Source of the DNA: Acidobacteriota bacterium | GTDB taxonomy: Bacteria > Acidobacteriota > UBA4820 > DSQY01 | Assembly: GCA_049967655.1 (NCBI GenBank) | Contig: JBMFSH010000037.1 | Coordinates: 1 to 22,761, forward strand | Length of the DNA stretch: 22,761 nucleotides | Direction of reading: 5' to 3' | Shown here: positions 16,566-22,761 of the stretch, piece after piece | Layout: each line of letters begins with the position of its first letter | How positions within the stretch are numbered: position 1 is the first letter of the stretch | The notes under the pieces: model-generated | Databases searched by the model: none | What the model saw: the letters and a program-made list of their open reading frames with translations, nothing else | What the model was told of the DNA's origin: nothing | Position numbers and translations under genes: made by a program

Positions 16566-17848
16566 TGCGTCTCTGGAGGCTGGCGGCCCTGGTCCTGGGA
16601 GGCGTGCTCCTCTGCCTGGCGGCGCTGGGAGCCTTTGTGGTCTGGAAGCGGAGGGACCTCGTGTGGCTGGCGGCGCCCCCTCCGCCTGCGGTTCGGCCCG
16701 CGCCGCGAATCCCGGCTCCTCCTCCCGCGCCCGTTCCCGCACCCGTTCCCCACCCCGCGCCCATCCCGCCTCCGAAGCCCAGGGTTCTCTCGCTGGACGG
16801 CCTCGTTATCCAGCCCTACGACGGGGAGCTGCGACTCGACCCCAACGTGATGAAAGTCACGGGCGTCATGGACCAGTCGCTGGTGGGTGCCGTGAAGGAT
16901 CTCAAGGACGCCGCCGGGCTCTTCCCCACGGCCGATGACAAGATCACATTCGTGCTCGTCTCGCAGAAGGACGCCACCTTCCGGCAAGCCTTCCAGGCCG
17001 CCGCCGTGCCGGGAGGGGCCCGCGTGGAGCTGGCGCTGGAGCCCATGGTCCTGGGCTGGTGGGCGCCGCGGCAGGTGCTCGCGGCGGGCCTTGCGGCCGG
17101 GATCCTCGTGCAGGAGGTGCCCTCCTTCGCCCAGGCCCCCACCTGGCTGCGGTACGGCATGGCCCTGTACCTCTCCGGCTTTGGGGATCTTTACGCCCGG
17201 CGGGCCTTCGTGGACACGGACCTCCCGCCCCTCCAGCTCGTGCACCCCCTCGACGAGGCGGGCGACGACGCCTGGGTGGACGGCTGGCTGGCCCTCAGGG
17301 CCTTCACGGCGACCAAGGGGGACGCCATGGTGGACTCCTGGGTCTCCGCCATGCACGCCGGAGAATCCTGGGACCGGGCCCTGGTCAGGACCTCCGGAGA
17401 GAGCGCGCAGGCCTTCGACGCCCGCTATCAGAGCTGGAGCAACGCCTATCTCACGGGCCTCTCGGCCAACCGGCAGGCCCTCCTGGACGCCGTGGCCCTA
17501 CTCAGGCGGCAGCAGGAGCAGGAGGCGCTCCCCCTCCTGGAGCACTTCGTGAAGGAGTACCCCCTCGACCTCTACGCGGGGAACGCCCGCTACTTCCTCA
17601 ACTACGCCCGCTACCGGCTGGGCCGCTACGACCGGGCCATCGACGGATTCACCGACCTGCTGACGAACTTTTCCGCCACCACCTGCTTCCAGGGCAAGGC
17701 GCACTACTTCCTGGGGCGATGCTACGAGCTGTCGGGCTACGGCCCCCTGGCCGAGCAGCAGTACCAGATCGCCGAGCTGGACGCCCGGAACGCCCTCCTG
17801 CTCAAGCTGTGCAAGCGGCGCCTGGCGGAGATCAGGGAGAACCCATGA
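16565..17848 (+). CDS. Membrane-anchored protein: Pro-rich linker, degenerate peptidase-MA-like domain, C-terminal TPRs
   Basis: TGATG coupling to the upstream gene; N-terminal TM; PAPP-rich linker; PTWLRYGMALYLSG; TPR-like AHYFLGRCYE. Confidence 0.75.
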   Translation: MRLWRLAALVLGGVLLCLAALGAFVVWKRRDLVWLAAPPPPAVRPAPRIPAPPPAPVPAPVPHPAPIPPPKPRVLSLDGLVIQPYDGELRLDPNVMKVTGVMDQSLVGAVKDLKDAAGLFPTADDKITFVLVSQKDATFRQAFQAAAVPGGARVELALEPMVLGWWAPRQVLAAGLAAGILVQEVPSFAQAPTWLRYGMALYLSGFGDLYARRAFVDTDLPPLQLVHPLDEAGDDAWVDGWLALRAFTATKGDAMVDSWVSAMHAGESWDRALVRTSGESAQAFDARYQSWSNAYLTGLSANRQALLDAVALLRRQQEQEALPLLEHFVKEYPLDLYAGNARYFLNYARYRLGRYDRAIDGFTDLLTNFSATTCFQGKAHYFLGRCYELSGYGPLAEQQYQIAELDARNALLLKLCKRRLAEIRENP

Positions 17849-18411
17849 AGAACCCGCCTCGCCCTCTCGTCATCGGACTCACCGGTCCCAACGCCGCGGG
17901 AAAGGGGGTCGTGGCCTCGGCGCTCGCGGAGCTGGGCTTCGCCTACCACAGCCTCTCGGACGTCGTCCGAGAAGAGGCCTTGGCCCTGGGCCGCACCGTG
18001 GGGCGGGACGATCTCATCCGGACCGGCAACGAACTGCGCCACCGGGGGGGCGCGGCCGTCCTCGCCGAGCGGATGATCGGGCGGCTGGGATCGCGCGACG
18101 TGGTGGACTCCATCCGCAACCCCGCCGAAGTGGAGGCGCTGCGCCGCGTGCCGGGTTTCGTGCTCGTGGGGGTCTGGGCGCCCGCCGAGCTGCGCTACGA
18201 GCGAGCACGCGCCCGCCAGGGGCGGGGGGACGCGGTCCAGAGCCTGGAAGCTTTCCTGCGGAAGGAGGCCGAGGAGAACACCTCGGATCCCGGGGCCCAG
18301 CGGCTGGAGGCCACCTTCGCGCTGGCCGACCGGGTGGTCCGCAACGACGCCACCCTGGAGGAGCTCCGCCGGAGCGTCGCGGCCCTGGCCGCCGAGCTGG
18401 AGCGGGCCTAA
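17845..18411 (+). CDS. P-loop nucleotide kinase (dephospho-CoA kinase-like / UPF0200-like)
   Basis: VIGLTGPNAAGKG, SLSDVVR, VVDSIRNPAEVEALR, RGD, ADRVVRNDATLEEL; ATGA overlap with the upstream gene. Confidence 0.85.
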   Translation: MKNPPRPLVIGLTGPNAAGKGVVASALAELGFAYHSLSDVVREEALALGRTVGRDDLIRTGNELRHRGGAAVLAERMIGRLGSRDVVDSIRNPAEVEALRRVPGFVLVGVWAPAELRYERARARQGRGDAVQSLEAFLRKEAEENTSDPGAQRLEATFALADRVVRNDATLEELRRSVAALAAELERA

Positions 18412-18420
18412 GCCCGTGGA

Positions 18421-18463
18421 GCGGGGAGGGAGTGGCCCTTCCCGCCGAAGAGAAAACTCTTTT
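18421..18463 (+). terminator. Possible terminator after the smc operon
   Basis: GCGGGGAGGG-AGTGG-CCCTTCCCGC stem (one G-U pair), then a small AAGAG-AAAA-CTCTT hairpin ending in a short T run. Confidence 0.35.
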
Positions 18464-18533
18464 CCCCGTTGAAGGACAACTTGTCTCGAAGGCAAAGCCC
18501 TTTGAATGGGGGAATTTGGGCGTAGGAGGGCCC

Positions 18534-18940
18534 TTGCGGAAGAGCCTCACCGTTCCCCGAGAGCTGGCCGGCTCCCGCCTGGATCAGGCCCTGGCCGTCC
18601 TGGCGGAGGGCCTGAGCCGCCGGGCCGCCCGCGCCCTCATCGAGCGGGGAGCCGTCTACCTGGACGGGCGGCGCTGCCGGACGGCCTCGCGCGCCGTGAC
18701 CGAGGGCGCCAGCATCGCGGTGGAGGAGGGGCCGGCCCCGCCGCCCGAGGCGCCCGATCTGACCGTTCTGTGGCGGGCGTGCCCATCCTCGGGGACGTCA
18801 AGTACGGCCGTCCCGACCCGCGCTTCCACCGCCCCCTCCTCCACTCCCGCCGCTTGATCTTCCCTTTGCCGGGAGGCGGCGAGGCGGCGGTGGAGGCGCC
18901 CCTGCCGGCCGACATGGTGACCCTGCCCGGGAAGAAGTGA
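18534..18940 (+). pseudogene. RluA/RluD-family pseudouridine synthase, internally deleted and frameshifted
   Basis: TTG start behind AGGAGG. S4 domain (RLDQALA...LSRRAARALIERGAVYLDG) up to LTVLW, then in another frame the family C-terminus GVPILGDVKYG...LLHSRRLIFP...EAPLPADM. No KPxG, HRLD or TGRTHQIR motif in any frame. Confidence 0.85.
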
Positions 18941-18949
18941 GGCCCAGCA

Positions 18950-18977
18950 GGCCGGGAGGGGCGCGCCCCTCCCGGCC
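18950..18977. repeat. Perfect 28-bp palindrome
   Basis: GGCCGGGAGGGGCGCGCCCCTCCCGGCC equals its own reverse complement; starts 10 nt after the Rlu stop. Confidence 0.85.
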
Positions 18978-19146
18978 GTTCCCCTCCGCCCCCGTTCTCC
19001 CGCCGGCGCTCACCACGGACCGGCTCACCTCCATGGGCGCCATCGGGGGCGTGGCCCCATCAGCCGGTGCAGCCGATAGCCGGTGAGAAATCCGGGCCAA
19101 GGCCGCCCGGGGCCGGCGGGCGGACCGGCCTTCCGCCCCGGGGCTG

Positions 19147-19155
19147 TGCTACCAT
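19147..19155 (+). promoter_or_regulatory. Extended -10 promoter (TGnTACCAT) for the FHA-cyclase gene
   Basis: TGCTACCAT 17 nt before ATG 19172. Confidence 0.5.
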
Positions 19156-19171
19156 CGGAGCGGAGTCCACC

Positions 19172-19978
19172 ATGCACCGGCTGACCTTTATCCTGAACGG
19201 GGAGCCCCGGACCTTCATCCTCGAGAGGGAGCGCGTCTGCCTGGGCCGGCAGGCGGAGAACGACCTCGCCATTCCCGACCACACCGTCTCCAGGCGCCAC
19301 GCCGAGATCCTCAAGACCGCCGAGGGCTGGAGGATCGCCGATCTGGGCTCGCGCAACGGCACGGCCGTGAACGGGGAGCCGGTCCAAGAGTCCCCCCTCA
19401 ACCCCGGCGACGAGATCACCCTGGGCACCTTCGCCCTCCGCTTCGAGGAGGAGGCGGAGGAGTCGGTCCGGCTGGAGGCGGACGGCCTGGAGGGGGTGCT
19501 GGAGAAGGTCATGGAGGTGATCTTCGCCAACGGCGGCACCCTGGACAAGTTCATCGGCGACGCCATCATGGCCATCTTCGGCGCGCCCGTCCTCACCACC
19601 GACCACGCCCACCGCGCCGTGCGGTGCGCCCTGGGCATGCGCGAGGCCCTCGGGCGGCTGAACGCCGAGAACCCCGACGGCCCCCCGCTCCTCTTCCGCA
19701 TCGGCATCAACACGGGCCCCGTGGTGGCCGGCGACATCGGGAGCGTGCGGCGCATGGACTACACGGTCCTGGGCGCCGCGGTGAACGCCGCCTCCCGCCT
19801 CGAATCGGAGGTGGCCAAGCCCGGCCAGATCGTGGTGGGGGAGGCGACCTACCGCCAGCTCAAGTACGCCTTCGCCTTCCACAAGGCCGGCAAGGTCCCC
19901 GTGAAGGGGCTCTCCCGGCCCCTGGCGGTCTACGAGGTGAAGGGCGAGCTGGGCGTGGACGACGTCCTCAAGCTCTGA
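19172..19978 (+). CDS. FHA domain plus N-terminally incomplete class III adenylate cyclase domain (268 aa; possible in-frame deletion product)
   Basis: FHA motifs LGR, VSRRHA, DLGSRNGT; cyclase motifs GTLDKFIGDAIMA, RIGINTGPVVAG, DYTVLG, VNAASRLE, VKG. The first-Asp motif (FxDIxGFT) is absent. Confidence 0.85.
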   Translation: MHRLTFILNGEPRTFILERERVCLGRQAENDLAIPDHTVSRRHAEILKTAEGWRIADLGSRNGTAVNGEPVQESPLNPGDEITLGTFALRFEEEAEESVRLEADGLEGVLEKVMEVIFANGGTLDKFIGDAIMAIFGAPVLTTDHAHRAVRCALGMREALGRLNAENPDGPPLLFRIGINTGPVVAGDIGSVRRMDYTVLGAAVNAASRLESEVAKPGQIVVGEATYRQLKYAFAFHKAGKVPVKGLSRPLAVYEVKGELGVDDVLKL

Positions 19979-20005
19979 CGGGAAGAGGCGACGGCCCGGT
20001 TTCGC

Positions 20006-20692
20006 TCAGGCCTGCTCGCCCTCGCCTTGGGGGGGCGGCGGCGCGGGCGCGGCCTCGGCCTGCCGGCGGTGGTGGCGCCTCTCCTTGAGCACCTCCACCA
20101 CGCCGGGGACGATGGAGATCACGATCACCAGGACGATGATCAGGTGGAGGTAGCGGTCCACGCCGGGCAGCCGGCCCAGGAAGTAGCCCGCCGAGCTCAT
20201 GGCGACGATCCAGCCGATGCCGCCGAAGACGTTGAAGGAGAGGAAGCGGCGGTAGTGCATCCGCCCCACCCCAGCCACCACGGGCGCGAAGGTGCGGATG
20301 ATGGGGATGAAGCGCGCCAGCACGATGGTCTTGCCGCCGTACTTCTCGTAGAAGCGCTGGGCCCTTAGGAGGTGCTCGGGGTTGAAGAGGAGCGATTTGG
20401 GGCGCTTGAAGATCATGGGCCCCGCCTTGTGGCCGATGGCGTAGCCCGTGCTGTCGCCCGCGATGGCCGCCGCCGAGAGCAGCAGGAAGAGGTGCCAGAG
20501 GTTCAGGTAGCCCTGCCCCGCCAGGATCCCCGCCGTCACCAGGAGCGAGTCCCCCGGCAGGAAGAATCCGATCAGCAGCCCCGTCTCCGAGAAGACGATG
20601 GCGAAGAGCACGGGGTAGCTGCCCCACAGGATGAGGGCCTTCAGCTTCTCCGGGTCGTGCAGAAGCGCCAGCGCTTCCTTGAGCAGCTCCAT
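20006..20692 (-). CDS. DedA family (VTT domain) membrane protein
   Basis: FSETGLLIGFFLPGDSLLVTAG, AIAGDSTGYAIG, ARFIPIIRTFAPVVAG; start at ATG 20692 behind GGAGGGGAG. Confidence 0.95.
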   Translation of the reverse strand: MELLKEALALLHDPEKLKALILWGSYPVLFAIVFSETGLLIGFFLPGDSLLVTAGILAGQGYLNLWHLFLLLSAAAIAGDSTGYAIGHKAGPMIFKRPKSLLFNPEHLLRAQRFYEKYGGKTIVLARFIPIIRTFAPVVAGVGRMHYRRFLSFNVFGGIGWIVAMSSAGYFLGRLPGVDRYLHLIIVLVIVISIVPGVVEVLKERRHHRRQAEAAPAPPPPQGEGEQA

Positions 20693-20734
20693 CGGGATCT
20701 CCCCTCCGTCCGCGCCGAAGCGTCCGGCGCCTGC

Positions 20735-20763
20735 ATACTGCCCGAAAGGCTGGGGGCTGTCAA
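20735..20763 (-). promoter_or_regulatory. Candidate sigma70 promoter for the DedA gene
   Basis: TTGACA-N17-CAGTAT on the minus strand; perfect -35, weak -10. Confidence 0.45.
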
Positions 20764-20829
20764 TCGCACGGCACGCGCACCCCCGCGTCGGATCGTTGCT
20801 CCTCTCACCTCCCGCGGCCCCGGGAGGCG

Positions 20830-20859
20830 TTGACCCCCGCACGCCGCCGGGCCTATAGT
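20830..20859 (+). promoter_or_regulatory. sigma70-type promoter facing the integrase
   Basis: TTGACC-N18-TATAGT; both hexamers 5/6 consensus, conspicuous in GC-rich DNA. Confidence 0.6.
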
Positions 20860-21094
20860 CAATCCGACGCACCACAACCGGAGGGGATGGGGCATGGGAG
20901 CCTCACTATCGGAACGCACAGCCGGCCGCGGGTAGGCCGCTCCGCCCACGGGCGGAGGCCGCCGGCATCCGCACCACACCCCCTCCGCGTCCCATCGGAG
21001 GCCGCCTCACGGCCAAGGGCGGAGTCTGCGCCCCGCCTCGATCTCCAAATCGGTAATTCGTGAAGTCCCCCGCCGGGGGCGTGCGGGGGGGCCC

Positions 21095-21199
21095 GGGAGC
21101 TGAACGGTCTCCGACGGGAGCTGAACGGCCTCCGACGGGAGCGGAACGGTCTTCGACGGGAGTCGAACGGCCTCCGGCAGGAGCTGAACGTTCTCCGAC
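21095..21199. repeat. Tandem repeat, 5 x 21 bp, consensus GGGAGCTGAACGGYCTCCGAC
   Basis: Units start at 21095, 21116, 21137, 21158 and 21179; no spacers; a degenerate sixth unit follows. Confidence 0.95.
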
Positions 21200-21300
21200 G
21201 AGAGTTTGGCGTTTCCCTGAGGGGCGCCGGCGGACGAAAGGCGCCGCCGCGCGCAAGATCGTGAATGAGTGGGGGGAGGTACCCGAGGGAGGAGAAACCG

Positions 21301-22443
21301 ATGGTTCGCGAGACCGACCCGAGAGGATACCCGTCCGGGCCAGCCGCGCATGGCCCCGAGCCGGCCGCCATGGTATTGGACCCGGCGGGAGCCTACGAGG
21401 CCGGCGGCGGCAAGAAGCTCATGGAGTGCGTGCGCGAGGCGATCCGCGCGCGGCACTATAGCTACCGCACGGAGCAGACCTACTGCCAATGGATCCGGCG
21501 CTACATCCTCTTCTTCGGCAAGCGGCATCCGCTCGACATGGGCGAAGGGGAGATCAACACCTTCCTCTCCCACCTCGCCACGAAGGGCAGGGTCGCTGCA
21601 TCGACCCAGAACCAGGCCCTCTCGGCCCTGCTCTTCCTCTACCGTGAGGTGCTGGGACGGGAGGCCGGCCAGCTCGAAGGGGTAGTCCGCGCCAAACGCC
21701 CCCAGCACCTACCGATTGTGCTCAGCCGCAACGAGGTCCAGCTGGTCCTGTCCGCCATGGAGGGGGTCCACAAGCTGATGGCGGCCCTCTTGTACGGCTC
21801 AGGGCTTCGGCTCCTGGAGGGTCTCGGGCTCAGGGTCAAGGACCTCGACTTCGACCGGGGCGAGCTCACCGTCAGGGGAGGCAAGGGGAACAAGGACCGG
21901 GTCACCGTCCTTCCTGCCGCGCTCCGCGGCGAGCTTCAAGCCCACCTTCAGCGGGTGCGCGAGGTCTACGAAAGGGACCTTGCCTCCAACAGCTCCGGGG
22001 TCCCCCTGCCCGGCGGGCTGGCCCGCAAGTACCCCAACGCGCCCAGTGAGTGGGGCTGGTACTGGGTCTTCCCCTCGTCCACCTTGTGCAAGGATCCCCG
22101 CACCGGCTTCCTCGTGAGGTACCATGCCCACGAGTCGGGGCTCCAGAAGGCGGTCGGCCGCGCGGCGAGGAAGGCGAAGATCGCCAAGCACGTGACTCCC
22201 CACATCTTCCGCCACTGCTTCGCCACCCACCTGCTCGAACGAGGGCAGGACATACGTACCGTCCAGGAGCTTCTCGGTCATAGCGACGTAAAGACCACCA
22301 TGATCTACACCCACGCGCTCAACCGGGGCGGCCGGGGAGTCCTGAGCCCGGCCGACGACCTGGGTAGCGCGCTTTTGTTCGAGGGGACGTCCACGAATGC
22401 GGTGGACGCTCCCACTGACGAGAAGAATGGGCACCGGGACTGA
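21301..22443 (+). CDS. intI: Integron integrase (IntI-family tyrosine recombinase, 380 aa)
   Basis: [46 protein letters not shown], IntI-specific insert [51 protein letters not shown] before ATG 21301. Confidence 0.96.
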   Translation: MVRETDPRGYPSGPAAHGPEPAAMVLDPAGAYEAGGGKKLMECVREAIRARHYSYRTEQTYCQWIRRYILFFGKRHPLDMGEGEINTFLSHLATKGRVAASTQNQALSALLFLYREVLGREAGQLEGVVRAKRPQHLPIVLSRNEVQLVLSAMEGVHKLMAALLYGSGLRLLEGLGLRVKDLDFDRGELTVRGGKGNKDRVTVLPAALRGELQAHLQRVREVYERDLASNSSGVPLPGGLARKYPNAPSEWGWYWVFPSSTLCKDPRTGFLVRYHAHESGLQKAVGRAARKAKIAKHVTPHIFRHCFATHLLERGQDIRTVQELLGHSDVKTTMIYTHALNRGGRGVLSPADDLGSALLFEGTSTNAVDAPTDEKNGHRD

Positions 22444-22457
22444 AGCCGGCGGCATAA

Positions 22458-22485
22458 CAGCGCGGGCTATCAGCGCGGACTATCA
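22458..22485. repeat. 13-bp tandem duplication just after the intI stop
   Basis: CAGCGCGGGCTAT CAGCGCGGACTAT CA (12/13 identical). Confidence 0.75.
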
Positions 22486-22548
22486 TGCCGGAGTGGAATA
22501 TGGTAAGTTTTGCAGGGGATAGCTGATGATCGGAGTCCGGTTTCTAAG

Positions 22549-22623
22549 GCAGGATGGGCGGAAACCTAGCAGGATAGGCCGAAAAACGACGTGCCTATTC
22601 CGTCGGTCTAATATGCGTTAGCC
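22549..22623 (+). mobile_element. Putative attI site on the 3' side of intI (crossover G/TT at 22617/22618)
   Basis: GGTCTAATATGC-GTTAGCC resembles the attI simple site (CTAA...GTT core). Two upstream direct repeats GCAGGATGGGCGGAAA (22549-22564) and GCAGGATAGGCCGAAA (22569-22584). A lower-GC ORF starts 47 nt after the core. Confidence 0.55.
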
Positions 22624-22663
22624 TCCCGAACCACCGCATGACGAAACCGACAGGTAGGACTTG

Positions 22664-22761
22664 ATGGCACCAAAGACAAAGACCACGACTAAACGACCGA
22701 TTGAATCTTACGAGCATCGGGACAAAGAGCGCGTCAACAACCCGCCGGTGGGGTTGGTGAC
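22664..22761 (+). CDS. N-terminus of a probable site-specific DNA methyltransferase (type III R-M Mod-like); runs off the window edge
   Basis: Not in the ORF track. Hand translation MAPKTKTTTKRPIESYEHRDKERVNNPPVGLV; RBS-like AGGTAGGA. The IExYxH..K.R.NNPPVGLV pattern is one I recognise from the N-terminus of large Mod-type adenine methyltransferases. Only 32 codons are visible. Confidence 0.65.
   Translation, partial: MAPKTKTTTKRPIESYEHRDKERVNNPPVGLV

Noticed and set aside
18770..18780. Programmed frameshift in the Rlu gene
   Set aside because: No slippery sequence, and the catalytic core is missing in all frames, so a frameshift would not restore the enzyme.
18798..19100. 100-aa minus-strand ORF between the Rlu and cyclase genes
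   Set aside because: Low complexity, no recognisable motif, and it overlaps the Rlu C-terminus; a gene remnant cannot be excluded.
21102..21195. GAAC elements in the array as LexA boxes
   Set aside because: Spacing is GAAC-N17-GAAC; it fits neither GAAC-N4-GTTC nor GAAC-N7-GAAC (the best match, GAAC-N7-GACG, is poor).
21095..21199. 21-bp repeats as a CRISPR array
   Set aside because: Units are contiguous with no unique spacers, and there are no cas genes in the window.
22452..22623. GCATAAC...GTTAGCC as an attC site making intI itself a cassette
   Set aside because: 172 bp is longer than usual attC sites, the inner L boxes are not complementary, and I see no long hairpin.
1..22761. tRNA, rRNA, tmRNA, RNase P RNA or IS transposase
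   Set aside because: No recognisable signatures by eye; a covariance-model scan was not possible.

Overview
GC-rich (roughly 70% by eye) bacterial chromosomal segment; lineage cannot be fixed from sequence alone, though the gene content is reminiscent of Acidobacteriota or former Deltaproteobacteria. Most of it is housekeeping: class II aldolase, two SDRs, trpS, a PilZ protein, pterin carbinolamine dehydratase, recQ, an M24 peptidase, a tightly coupled thioesterase-smc-batD-batE-TPR-kinase operon and a DedA protein. Three parts stand out. (1) Left end: an orphan secreted protein sits downstream of two near-consensus sigma54 promoters about 470 bp apart, with no convincing gene between them. 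(2) 18.5-20 kb: two adjacent genes, an RluA/RluD-family pseudouridine synthase and an FHA-adenylate cyclase, have each lost their central parts. (3) Right end: an intact integron integrase is preceded by a 5 x 21-bp repeat array. It is followed on its 3' side by an attI-like site and the co-oriented, lower-GC start of a probable type III-like R-M methyltransferase, i.e. a candidate reverse-orientation integron with a defence gene in first position. All family calls come from motif recognition, not database searches.
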